A DNA stretch of 64,000 nt from Phallusia mammillata. Taxonomy: Eukaryota. The notes below the pieces were generated by a model, which worked only from the letters and a program-made list of their open reading frames with translations, did no database searches and was not told the DNA's origin. Shown here in pieces: positions 1-12,573 of the stretch; position 1 is the first letter of the stretch, and each line of letters begins with the position of its first letter. The stretch covers positions 11,966,001-12,030,000 of the forward strand of contig OZ281494.1 of the NCBI GenBank assembly GCA_965637545.1, in the 5' to 3' direction. Made by a program: the position numbers and the translations under genes.

Positions 1-33
1 TCAACTTTGATCTGAATGGCAATTTTAATTTAG

Positions 34-3000
34 GTAGCTAGGACCGTTATGAGACACATGGTACTCAGTGGTTCACAACCGGTTTTTAGGATTTCTGATT
101 TACCCAATAAGAATGAGATAGATGGAGGACAGGTGATATTACAACTGCATGGAGTTTTGTCATCAAGTAAGCGAATAATATATTCTATGATACTTACAAT
201 TTGGTGCAGTGATTCTCAAACTGTAATGTGATAAGCTGCAGACAGTGCACACTGTTTCGACCTATAAGGTCTCATCAGTGCAGCTGGTGACGAGAGATCG
301 GCCGTATTGGCTAGTGTAGCCATTCAACGGCACTCCAGTTTGTTGGGAGCACAGAGTACAACCCCATGCATCACCTAGTCTGTGCGATGCCACAACTGGA
401 CCTTATAGGTCGAAACAGTGTGCACTGTCTGCAGCTTATCATTTATTGGCTCTATATGCTTTTACATTGTAATGTGATAGATTTCTAAATGGCAGCGGAA
501 TTCGCTATTTTAACTGTGGAAACATTGTCTGGTGTTTCATGACTTGTTAACAAAATACGATCTTGCATGATAATGTTTAAAACCTATTTTTTTCATATCT
601 TTCTTGAAAAGAATTCTTGCCCACCACATCAAATTATTTATTAACATTAAAAAAACAACTTTTCTGTGGTCAGACTGCAAAGTAAATTTTGAGTTTGTTA
701 ACATGCTGCATGTTTAAATATAGTTATTGTAAACATTAAATACTTCATTTGAACCAAATCTCTGATTCACAATAAAACAAGCTTTTTGTTTTAATTTCTT
801 TTTTGTCAACATTAAAATATACAATGCTCTCAGTGTTTTCTAATTTGATCTTATGTTCAGATTGCAATTTTAACAGGCATAAATTTATGTTGCAGTAGCT
901 AACTGCCACTAATACTATTTGTGTAACAGCTGATGAAAATGAACTGGAGCTTTCAAGTGTAAAGTGGAGCTTTCCTTTACCAGTTAATGACTACACACAT
1001 GGCATGACTTTGGAAATAAGTGAGAAAGACACTGGATCAGTTAAAGTGCAAGGTTTCAAGTGAGTTTTTGTGATTTTCTTGAAATAGTGTAAAGCAGAGT
1101 TGTCAAACTCAATCTGCTTTGAGCGCAAAAACAAACTTGTAAGTAAGTCGAGTGAAGTAAGTCATTATCGAAATATTTGTTGCAATGCAACATGACAACA
1201 AAATTATTGCATGATTAAAAAGTTAAATGGTTATTAATGCCATTAGCTACATTTAAAGACAATATTGTTATAAGTACCAAACAGATATATATACAGTGTA
1301 ACAGAGTGAAAGAACCAACTGTGCACATACAACTTCTAAAAGTTATTTCATGGGCTGCACAAAAACTCTTGCAGGGCTGCATGTTTGACACCCCAGGTGT
1401 AAACTTTTTCATGGTAAACATTTAAACATCATTATATTTAAATCATACTTATACTTTCAAAACTGCCAATGTTTTGTTTGGTGGAGCATGCTTGGTGCAT
1501 TGTGACAACACAATTATTCCCACACCCATGTTAGTTTTGTAGCTTTCCAAGGTTCCTTATGTAAACAGCGTTTTGTTCTTTGGTACTCTTTCGAACCCTA
1601 GTTTCGTCTGTTAGCAGGGCATAAATATGCAAATTTAATCCCTGGATCCGTTTGTGCAACTGCCCGGCCGAACACCGAGCATCAAAAACAGCGATGCTTA
1701 GTACATAGTATTGGGTTTCTAAATCGACTCAGCCTATCCCTAATAATAACTCATGAGTTGTAATAATAAATGAATGAATCGCAAAGACCAGTCTGTAGCA
1801 GGAAATACTTTGCTACATCTAGTTTAAGCTAAAAATGTTCCATATGAAAACTGATTTTGCTGCTGATATGATTATGATTTCGTTTTTTTCGGGTATACAC
1901 TTGTTAAATTGTGCTGCTAAATTAGAATAAAAACTCTTTTGGTCTAAATGTTTATAAGACGTCTTTGACTTTTATACAGGAAGACTTTTTTCATTGTGAA
2001 CCATAGACACTTTCAAACAGCATCACTACCAATCCTTTCTTCTGTGCCAAATTCTGTAACACCTGTCATTTACCAAACCCCTATTACTGTTGTGACTGCA
2101 AATGGATATCTTGTTTTTTCATCTACTGAATTTGAGCATTCAATTGTAAAAAAGGTTAGTAAATAAATCAAGCTCTTTTTATCATGATGACTGTTGTTGA
2201 TTGCTCTGTTTTCTGACGGTGTTATTTTACCGATAACAATTGTTGTTTACAAGGTACCAGATGCTTTAGCAGGACAGGAGACGGACTGTCCGGATGCCAT
2301 TGAGACGGCTTTTGATTTTTTTGATCAGATTTTACTTTCAACCAAGGTAAATAAAGCTGTTGCTGGTGTGTATAGATAGCAGGGTTGCTTAGTTGGCTTG
2401 TTATTTTGTTCTTGTTGGGGATAGATATTTAACTCTGGTGTTGAGAGTGCAGAGTGCCAACCGGTTGAGTACATTTGCAGATAATGTATGTTGATATGTG
2501 TCTGAAGCTTCTGTATGCATTCATATCCTTGAATTATTAGTGTAATTTTAACAGAAAGGAATCTTTTGGGTACTTGTGAGTGATCAACAGGTTAAAAGAT
2601 TGCTTGGTGGGAGTGAAGGTATTTGTGCAAAACACATCAGTCTCTCACCCTTGTCAAGAACAGTGATCATTTCAACCAGCCAAAAATTGTATTTTTTGTT
2701 GATACCTACTACAAGAACAGGCAAGAAATCAAGGCTTTGTAAAGTTTCAGTTATTGTTACTGTCTTACCTGTGTGTAGTACAGGGGTCGGTAGTAAACAT
2801 ATACTGTTAGCATATAAACCCAAACGGGGTTTGAGACCAGATTATATATAATTGTTTTTTGTTACTATCCCTAACCACCAGTCCACAAAATTATCATTTC
2901 AGCAGTAAGTATATCATTTATTCGTAAAACTGTGTTCATGCAGTGTTTAGTACCACCCTAGCAAATTTGGATAAACACAAGTAGAAATTGTAAAAGGGCC

Positions 3001-6000
3001 ATTTTCATAGCCACCTCAACCCACCTGAAATTTAGCCACTGTTAGGTCCATGTCCCTGCATGTATGTCAGGCAGTTGACCTTGTTTTACATAGCTATATA
3101 TATATTTCAGTTTGAATAAGATGATGTGATGTTGTTTCATAGTGAGATTCACACATTGAGAAAAGGCAAGCAACTGCTTTAGGCTTATTTATTGATTGAA
3201 GTTAAATAGGGAAGACCAATATCGCTGATCACTATGAATTTTAAAGAGTTAGTCATACAATTTAAGTTTAATACAGAAGGTCAAAATTGCTGTGAATTTC
3301 TGACCATATACAACTTAAATCACAGTACGCCAGGCCCATATACAACTTAATGATGGTTTCAGAAGTGCACAGCTGTTCGAACCTAGCAGTTGTAAATACC
3401 ATCAATTGATAATCAAAGGGAGGACAAAAAGTTTTGAAAAAATGCTGCAACTGTATCTAGTCATGAGAGAAATTTCTTTTTGCAATCAAGTTTTGTGAAA
3501 ATAATGCTGATATAAGTTTATGCCACTTACTATGATCTGCAAACTTTGACAAACAATATGATCTAAATTGTTTGTTGTTTTTGTTAGCAGAAAATGATGT
3601 AGGATCAACTCTAAACCAACTTGTGGATATTGATGGGCAGACATTTCTAGATTACACCAACTATAATCCCAATCATGTATCTATATTGGCACACACATAT
3701 TGTAGTGGTGCGCTGTATTTGGTTCTTCATCATTCACTTGCCAGCAAATTTGTGTTGTTGAAATACACAGGTAAACCCAATATTAGTGTGCAAAAAATTG
3801 ATTTCCAGTATCTCATTCCAGGGGTTGAGACACCCAAAACAGTCACCTGCCACTTGAAGAAGTTGCATTTCGCAAATTGTATCATGAAAGTTAATCCATC
3901 ACTTCTTTCAACACAAGAACTTGCATTTAAGTGTTTTGCATTGCACCTAATTGTAGACTAATTATACATTTAGTCAACAGTTATTTTGTTGTTGATATTT
4001 TGTTCATTCTTAAGTTTAAATTTTACTTTATCAATACTACAGTTTCCTTAAGTTGCTAATAATACTGTTGTCAAACAGGTGTAGATCAAATTGGCAAATG
4101 GAAATTTCTTCGAGAGTTTGAGGAAAGACTTCCAACAAATTTCACTTTGCACAACAGCATTGCTCTTTTTACACACAACCTAAACTACAATGGTGAGATA
4201 TAGTTTAAAAGAAAATTAAAAAAACGTGTTGTTATTTACATAATGTTTGATGTTGATTTGCTACTGTGTCTATTGCTTGTTATTAACAGGTTATCCATAT
4301 AATCAAGGTTGCCATACCATCCATATTTCTATGATTTGTCCTTATTTCAAAGGACATTGTCTATTTCTAAGAAATGTTATTGTTTTTTACCTGAGTCCTT
4401 ATTTTGTCTCATTTTAAACAATTAAGCTTACAAGGAACAGACTTAGTGCAACAACAGTCAAATCCCTGCTTCAAGTAAAAGTAAACATATACCGAAGCTG
4501 TCACAGGATGCAGTATTTTTGACAAAGAAGGAGTTTCTGGAACAGACTGTTTCTGGCAAAAATATGGAATTTGATATGTCTTGGCTCATATAAATGCAAA
4601 GATTTGTTCAAAACTATTTATTTCGTTTCATATGAAATTGTAATTTTTAAGTTGTCTTATTTTGGGATGAATTGTGATGGCATCACTGCCTATAAATCTA
4701 CTGTTAAACCAAACAAGTCAAGTTGGAATACTACCCAATATTCATTTAATATATTTACTTTATAGCAAGTGTAGTGTTTTTAATATCTTCTGTCTGATAA
4801 TACTAAATATTTTTTAGGAGCTATGATTAATATCAAAGGTGTAAGTTGCAGCCATGCTCATGATGGGAATTTATATCTTTGGGGAAATTCCATGCTTGTA
4901 TTTGACATTCGAAGTGGTGTAATTGGGGCAGTACCTCTATCTGATACATCACTCCTTCTCAACAATACATTTGTGCAGTTTGTAAGCCAACCACATGGTC
5001 ACCATTTTGCCTTGATCACAAGTAATGGCGAAATTTGGCATGGAAAAGCTGTTGGATTCGGAACTTTTTCAAGACTGGTCAAAAATAATAATCATGTTCA
5101 AGATTTTCCATCTTTGGTATTAGGAAATGTGTTGGGATTATTTTATGATTGTTTTGATGAACTCTATCTTTTGTTCATAAATGGCTCAAGTGTCAAGCGA
5201 TCTGTCATTGATTTCAATTATACTTCATCAGGTGAAGTAATTGTTTTACCAAAATTGGAGTACAAAATAGCATTTATATGCATGAGATATTTGGCTCTGC
5301 AAGAACATTTTTCTCAGGTTAATGTACAGATGCACAAAACATCCTTACGTAGCTGACACAGCTTTACAACAAATCAAAGGAGTTGAATTGTACAGAATGC
5401 AAACAATATATTTATATTTTGAAACACCAGATTGTGCTACGCATTTTTTACCTCAATTACCAAATGTTTTGTAACATTTTTAAACATATTTTTCAGGTCA
5501 AAATGAACCCATTTTGATGAAAGCAGAATGCAGTAATATATCATTGTTGTCCAGACATCAGAATTATGCATTTCATTTTCCCAGAGTCTGGCCTGCTTTG
5601 TCTAAATCAGCAAAATTGGACTATGCAAAGTTCACCTTAAGTGATGTACAAATCCCTGTTCACTCAAACAGTATGTTATTGGCTTACAGAGCTATTGTGC
5701 AAATGCTTGCCACACAAAGGGTAAGTTTTAGTTTTATTCATGTAAAACACATTGCCTACCTGTTTCCATGGGCAGGAAATATTTTTACACAAAGAATTTG
5801 GAGAGAATTTTGCACAGGTTATGTGTCACCTGTTTCAATTTCCCCCATAACTTGTTAGGCAACTAAATAATCATTTTATTGGTTTGTTATAATTAGCAAA
5901 AAGATTATACACATCAGGTTTGAGAAGAAACACTGTTATTGAACCAGTGCTTTTATTGCAGTTATAATTATGATTAAAGTGGTGATCAGTTCAAATATGT

Positions 6001-9000
6001 AGTTTTGAGTTAGCATTTTTAAAACAGAAATTTGGAAAGCATTTTTGGTGGAAGCAAGACAACACTGTGGAAGGATCTGGTTGGTATACTGATAATGTTG
6101 GTTACGAAAACTATCTTCGTTATATAGCTGCAAACAATCTTGCGGTGGGATTCTCATGGAAGTCCTATTTCTCTATGCATGATTATGTAATGGAACATCC
6201 ATCTAATTTAAATGACTGCATCATTCCCAGAAAGCTGTACCTTGATAAAGATATGAAATTGATGTAAGACATTTAAATTAAATTTAAAAAAATATTTCCG
6301 CATGTTTTGTAGTATACTTAATGGTGAAAATAACGCTCCAAATAGACGTAAAAAGTGACATGCTTTATTGTTCAAACGTTTCGGCAAATGCTGATGCCAT
6401 CATCAGTGATATGAAGGCCACATCAGTTGTAGTATACTGTTATAGATTATTTCTTTGAATTATAGTCGTTTAAGTTTTTTTTATGCTATTTTCTTCTTGA
6501 ATAAAAAATTATTAATCTTCACTGACAATGATCTTTTTTTTCATCAATCAAAGACATTTTATTTTGTAGGACTAGACATTTTGTTGCATATTTAGCTTAT
6601 TTCCTTATTGTAAGTGTGATACTTTAGGTCTGTGTGTATATTATTTTTAAGTTGATGTTTGCTAATTTTTTGTGTCAGAATAAACTTTTCCTTGTCTACT
6701 GCCACTGACAACACTTTATCACCATTGGAACAACAAGATCTCTTTGTTTCCATATCTAAGAATAGAATTGTTGACGTTAAGGTTGAAAGACATAGTGGCC
6801 CTTTTGAAACTATCTTTGAGGTAAATTACAACAGGGGGTCTACGTTTTATTTTAGGTATTTTCTTCCCATATTTATGTAACATATGTACAGGCAAACATG
6901 CCCAAATGCTAAAATATACATGTTTTTTTAGCAGCAAATTGTAATCAAAGCATGTTATTTAATTATTTTAAGCTTTATTGATTAACTTGCTTAAACTAGT
7001 TACCTGTTAATCCATTCAACTAAATTCAAGCATTTCAGAATTTAAGGTTTGAATCATATAGGAATGCATTTCAAAGAACCCTGCGGGTTTAAGCAAATTT
7101 TTTTTAATATAAATCCTAACTTTGAAATATTTGTGTGTCATAAATAATACTTGATACAAAGTAATATGTTTGTGGTATTGTTCAGGTAACTTTCAAAGGC
7201 TGTCAACTGCCTCAACATTCTTCAGGCACTAACTTGCAACCGGTTGGTGTTAAAATTCGACCTTGGCACTATTCTCCCAATGTGCATGGTAAGTAAAACG
7301 GCGATGCCATGGGTTTAGGTCATCTTGGCATTGATTCTAAAACTTTTCGGGCATGTAGCACACTAACACTCTTAATTTCTTTTCATGACACACTATGTGG
7401 GTTAACAACACAAAAGTTGTTTAAAGAAAGCTAATTTGCTACTCTGTTGTCGTGGGTGAGTTTGCTTTTTATAACAAAAAAAATACCTTTCAAACATTGT
7501 CATGCATGCCTGCATTTTGTCATTAAGTCCTAAAACACCAGAGAATACTTGCACTTTTAAAATAGGAACACAGTTTAAAATCACTGGTCTCCAGTGTTAC
7601 AAATAATAATCTTTTTAATGCAACAAAATGTTTTTTATTAGACTTAAATCATATGCTTGTGTTGTGAGTGAAATTAGGCATTGTTTATAGACATTACCTT
7701 TATTGTGGAGGGAGGTTGCCCACCTGCATTGTCCCTTGGCTTTGATAAAAAACGCTCAATCCAGATATTGGCTGATCGAGGCAGGACTGATGATTTTGAA
7801 TGTTTGTATGAAGTCAGTGATGGAGTGCCTTGTTTCACTACATCAGGTTACATCAGAATAGATTTTTATTAAAATTGTTAATTTTGGCTTTTGTGTTTTT
7901 AATTTGTGAAGCTAATGGTGAGATTAAATAGAGTATGTTTTAACTACAGTAAACTTCTGTTAATCCTGACCCATTTGGACCAAATAATTTGTCCGAATAG
8001 GTTGAAAATCCAGCTTAACTGAGGTTTGCTGTAATAATATATTATGGTTTTGGAACCAGTGTGCAATTATTTGTCTGTTTTGTTAAGTATGCAATAGTGA
8101 TGGGACGATACCAGGTTTTGAAGCGAATACGAGTACCACATGTATATACCTATGATACCGAGTACTTAAGTGTAGTGTTGTACTTAGTTGTATATCACTG
8201 GCTAATTTATCTGCCATGCTCGGGGTACAGGTGTGCACACACATATGCCAAAAAATGTAATCTCCACATAATAGCGAAAAAGATAAACGTAAACTGGTGC
8301 AACTTTTTTCCAATTTTGTGCTGTCCGAAGCAAATATTGGCATAACGTTGACCGTATTCTTAGGGTGTAAATCGGCCTTCGGTACTTGCACATTGGTATC
8401 GAAAACTGAGACAAAATATTTCGATACCGAGTACGAGTATCGATACCACTGAAATCATTCGATACCGAGTACCGGGTACTTGTCCCATCACTAGTATGCA
8501 ATTGTAAAACACTTTTCCTATATTGAGGCATTATTAAGGTTTAACAGACAACAGGGCTGGTGTATATAAATACCACTTTTTTATGTAGAGTTTGTGACTG
8601 CATTTTATATGTATGATCACATAACTGGCCTGAGAACACCATTTAAAGGCAATTTCACCCTAAAAATTGTTGGAGGTGGGGTTGGGTACCATGAAAATAT
8701 CAGAAGTTATGCTGATGAAGAAATTAAGATGTACAACTATATGCCAGGAGACAGGTATTTTTTGGAAACAATTTATAGGTTTTAAAATATGTGTCACAGT
8801 TGCTATAGGGTTCAAAATAAATGTCACTTTTATTCAGATTGATGTGTACATGTTAAAACAATTTGAAGAAAAGCCTTTTTTGTGTGCAGTAAAAAACTGG
8901 AAAGCCTTATGTGGACAGTTCTGGACTTAACAACTACTGATTCAATGAGAGACAATGCAACTGGCCAATATATATTTGATGGCAACAATCCAGCAAGTAT

Positions 9001-10677
9001 TGTGTTCGAGTGTCGCATTGATTCTCCATGTGGTAGCATTCCCTTTGGAGTATCAAACCCATCTGGTAATTGTGGTTTTCAAGAAAATATACTGATTTGG
9101 TACATATTTGTATCTGGTGTTTATGGTTTTCAAGAAAATATACTGATTTGGTACATATTTGTATCTGGTGTTTATGGTTTTCTTGAAAATATACTGATGG
9201 TACATATTTCTCTTTACTTTCTAACCCTGGTTTGTTTTCAAGCTTTAGCTAAGACAGAATGATTCAATTTTTGTGTACATGATTGACAGTCACAAATATG
9301 GACTTGAACTTGGCAATTTGTTCATGACTTGTATTCAGTTTACAAGTGATGGCCAGAGAAAATACAATATGGTTTAAGAGTTTTCATCACAAGCTATCTG
9401 CCCTTTTTAATCAGTTTTATACAGTTGTTTTGATCGACACATTTTTTTCGCAGCATTTAAAATGTGGCTACCTAAACTAAAGGTGTTATTCATTAAGCTC
9501 CGGATTTTAGTTGAGATAAATTCTTTTTGTCCTAAAAGTAGATTTGCGAGAGTCATTGCTATGAACAAAGCTGTTATTTTTTTGCTTTAAAGAGTTTTAT
9601 TTGGTGATGGAAGTTTCAAACAAAGGTGTGGACAGTTCAACAAATTGTGACTTCACAACTACATTTGAGATTCACATTATTGGAATTGAACTAAACGCCA
9701 AATCGCATTTTACTATTATGCTGGTAAACAACTATTTTGAAAGCTGTGCAGTTAAAATTATTTATGTTAGTCATTAAACTTCCATTATCCATGTATTAGG
9801 TGACATTGGGAATTCTATTGACATGTATTGTTATTTATTATCAATCTACTGATGGACAAGGTATAATTTATGCAAGGAAGTTTTTGGGAAGATGGAAAAT
9901 TACAAAACAAGAACAAATAGTCAAGCCTAAAATAAAGGTATTAAATGTTTTTTCTGTCGTAAGAAAGTCTGATTTATTTAGTTCAGTTGCTGTCCACAGG
10001 TTCATTTGGGTGACGATAGCAAGATTTCAATTGGGTCCTATCCTAGTCATATTATGGCTAAAAGAGGTTCTACAAGACACCGTAAGTACTGGCTTGGTGA
10101 ATATTTTAGTGCAATTGTGCTGTTACGATTTGTTTCACTAGGTATTTGATGCATTCTCTGATTTTGAAACAATATTTTTTTGCAGGATGAGTGGTTGTGC
10201 ACAGATTGTTCTTAAAAATTTAGCTACCAAAGTTGTTTGTAGCCCTTAAAGTTTGAGAAGTATCTCAATTAAATTTGATGCTTTTGATATATTTATATAG
10301 ATCCAAATTTTGACATATTTACTTGAGATGTATATAACCAATGCATTTAAACTGATGAAAAAATATATTTCTGTTGGCAGAGTCACTATTAGCACCAGCA
10401 CTAAATATCAATAGATCGACAAGGCGCAGAAGCATTGCGGCAGTGGAAAGTATGGGCTCTTGTTTGCAGTTTTGTTGCAATTAGGTCAAATTTTTTGATA
10501 CCAATTGCAGATGTCAGAAGGATGTCAATGAATGTTCATGGAATGTCACAAATTGGTTTGCCTGATGCCAGGAGCGATGTGTCGAGTGATAAAACTAGTA
10601 TAGGTAATTGAAAACTGTATGTGGCAGCCAAACCTCTTACCTAACTTGCATTTTGTTATCCAGGAAGTAAAAAGTGA
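34..10677 (+). CDS. CATSPERG: CatSper auxiliary subunit gamma; multi-exon, 5' part lies upstream of the window
   Basis: Exon peptides are collinear with recalled CATSPERG motifs: SVKWSFPLPV (~960), GNLYLWGNSML (~4865), IIPRKLYLDKD (~6220), GGCPPALSLGFD...DFEC...GVPCF (~7710-7840), FYMYDHITG...FKGNFTLKIVGGG...YADEEI (~8600-8750), FECRIDSPC (~9005), EFYLVMEVSNKGVDSSTNCDF...IHIIG (9593-9723), TM exon 9800-9937. Phase-consistent tail exons 10000-10081, 10381-10449, 10511-10603, 10664-10677. Several internal exon borders are approximate and the exon at 34-132 is tentative. Confidence 0.9.
234..285 (-). ncRNA. Minimal type I hammerhead ribozyme
   Basis: Minus strand reads agctgca-CTGATGA-gacct tat aggtc-GAA-ACAGTG tg CACTGT-C-tgcagct: 7-bp stem I, complete core, stem II, palindromic stem III, GUC triplet. 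Predicted cut between 241 and 240. Confidence 0.88.
234..467. mobile_element. Short Penelope-like, hammerhead-bearing retro-insertion with a 5'-inverted segment, in a CATSPERG intron
   Basis: 12-bp direct repeat TGTAATGTGATA at 222-233 and 468-479 (TSD). Perfect 43-bp inverted repeat 229-271/399-441. Hammerhead core on the minus strand. CpG-rich inside a CpG-poor region. Confidence 0.75.
1095..1396. mobile_element. Degenerate hAT (Buster/Charlie-type) MITE
   Basis: Imperfect TIRs cagagttgtcaaac / gtttgacaccccag; near-perfect 8-bp TSD GTGTAAAG (1087-1094) / GTGTAAAC (1397-1404). Confidence 0.6.
6319..6426 (-). mobile_element. 108-bp Penelope-like insertion with a degenerate hammerhead motif, in a CATSPERG intron
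   Basis: 12-bp direct repeat TTGTAGTATACT at 6307-6318 and 6427-6438. Minus strand tca-CTGATGA-t-ggca...tgcc-GAA-ACGT-T-tga (6409 to 6372), followed by AATAAA (6369-6364). Confidence 0.65.
7947..8031. mobile_element. Tc1/mariner (pogo/Tigger-like) MITE
   Basis: TA-flanked on both sides; imperfect 17-bp TIRs cagtaaacttctgttaa / ttaactgaggtttgctg. Confidence 0.7.
8095..8493. mobile_element. hAT (Ac-type) MITE
   Basis: Perfect 12-bp TIR TAGTGATGGGAC, perfect 8-bp TSD GTATGCAA (8087-8094, 8494-8501), repeated subterminal GATACCGAGTAC motifs. Confidence 0.92.
9061..9210 (+). repeat. 51-bp tandem repeat, about 3 copies, starting across a CATSPERG splice donor
   Basis: Units start at 9061, 9112 and 9163 (atctggt...aagaaaatatactgatttggtacatatttgt). 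The donor at 9065/9066 lies in copy 1. Confidence 0.9.
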
Positions 10678-11237
10678 ACATGGGACAGCAACAAGTGAAT
10701 GTTTCAGTTTAAATATTCAGATATACGACACAATGGTGTTGATTAGTATTTACTGGTTGCATGGTCTGTGTCCCATTATTGCACAGAAATGTGTCTTACT
10801 GAGCATTGGGCTGATTTGAGTTGTACACAGGTTACCTTATTCTTTCTGTAAACCAAAACAAGAAACAAACCAGGACACTCTGCAGGTACACCTACCACAT
10901 TGAACATGGTCTTCATCTAGCATCGATTTGATATACTACATTTTCTGTTAGGTAGTCTTTTGACATTTGGCCAAGCAGGCTTAGTTTGTATTATGTTGCA
11001 TTCACTGTATAAAAAGCATAACACCATAAAGCATTTAAAAGTACAGTATTGGAAAACAAAACTACCACACAAACACTACATTTTTTAAATATGGAACTTA
11101 TACAACATAAGACAAGTAGGGTGTACAAAAGCAAAGTAATACAACATAGTAAACCAGTATCTTGAGAAGTGCAACAGACAGTACTATAATGTTAAACAGA
11201 TGCAACACAGTACTGCATTTGGGTGACATTCATGTAG

Positions 11238-11785
11238 CTATCGTGCCAGCTCCACTTGCAAAATATCACCCCAATCGTCTTTAGAAAATTGACACTTGGA
11301 ATTTGTATTTTCCAAGTCCTTGTATGATGTTATCTGTGCAAATGTTCCTTTAATCCATTGGGATTTACATCTTTGCGTTCGGTACTTCTGTTCCACCAAA
11401 ACCTACAATTAAGACTTGCATTAAAGTAGGACATACAATACAGTTCCAAATCGTTACCTTCCAATGTCTGGCGCTTCGGGGTACGTTGTCAAATTCAGCG
11501 TTGTACAACCCTTTGTACAAGTTTCTCCATACATGACTCGACTCGTTTATCAAACAATACCAGTTTTGCGAAACCTTAAAAAACATGTTGCTTGGTAAAT
11601 CTAACAGAGCACTTCAATACAAAGTTTTTGTCCACTAAAGAACACGACTACAAACAAACCTGTGTGGATTTGCAAACACTGCAAATATCCATACTGGAGA
11701 AAATCTCTTCCGATAGATGTTCCGGGAGCAACGTCGTAAAGTCATTACTGTTGTTGTCGTATTGCTCTGGAACGTCAAACACCAT
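11238..11785 (-). CDS. FBXO48: F-box only protein 48 (136 aa, 3 exons)
   Basis: Exons 11785-11660, 11574-11458, 11402-11238, all phase 0 with GT-AG introns. F-box DFTTLLPEHLSEEIFSSMDICSVCKSTQVSQNW...SHVW and C-terminus KSQWIKG...DDWGDILQVELAR* match the recalled FBXO48 end (KHEWLSG...DTWGEILEAELER). Confidence 0.9.
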
Positions 11786-11789
11786 CTTG

Positions 11790-12570
11790 ACTTACAATTC
11801 TGTCTCTGCAGAACCACTTTGTATAATACGCTACAACAGCCGTTGGGCGAGTTGTTTGTTGTGAATGATCAGCTGACTGGTATTTAAACCATGACGTCAC
11901 AAACGTTGTTTATTATTTTCCTTTTAGATTTCTTATTTCACCACCGAATAAGTAATTGACATCCGGCGCAGTAATAATCTACTAAACTAAATAGAATATA
12001 TTTTTTTTTAATAAAGCTGTCAAAAGAGTCCCTATTAAAATTTTGTCAGGTTTCGTCAACACATACCTTTGACTAAAAGTTACTTCTGCTGGTATAGTTT
12101 TACGTTTGTAAAACAAAGTTGTTTGTGGGTTGGTACGCAGTTCAACAAGAGTTAAAAGTCCATTAAATTTTTACAAAGGTATATTTTTAGGACGGTACGT
12201 ATTGTCACGGGTTCTTGTGAATTTCTCCCAGTGTTTGATTTTTTCTTACGGCTGCGGTCCGGATTAGGCAACTTCAGAAATTAGTTTGGGTTTGTCATTT
12301 TTGATGTTTTACGCACCTCAAGTAAAATTAAGGGTTTTCAACTGTAAATATTTTGGATTGATCTATTTGTTAAACAATCCTAAGTAGTTATTTACAATCT
12401 TCCAAACATTAGAATAGAATATAGATGTTGGTTGTCCTATTGAAGGCTAAAATATCTACTTACAGTTAACATTGGACCTAATTACTTTACTACAGATGAA
12501 CTGCTAATACTGTTTTGTTTGGTTTCAACTGATAAGACGTAGGTTCTGTCTGTGACTTAAATACTAACCA
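11790..12570. promoter_or_regulatory. Probable bidirectional, CpG-retaining promoter for FBXO48 and VTA1
   Basis: Head-to-head ATGs at 11785 (-) and 12574 (+). CpGs are locally abundant (~11.5-12.3 kb) between CpG-poor gene bodies. CRE palindrome TGACGTCA at 11892-11899. Confidence 0.6.
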
Positions 12571-12573
12571 AGA

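Noticed and set aside
1540-1790. Possible L2/SINE 3' end (...taataataaatgaatgaa tail)
   Set aside because: No Pol III boxes, TSD or second copy seen; too weak to call.
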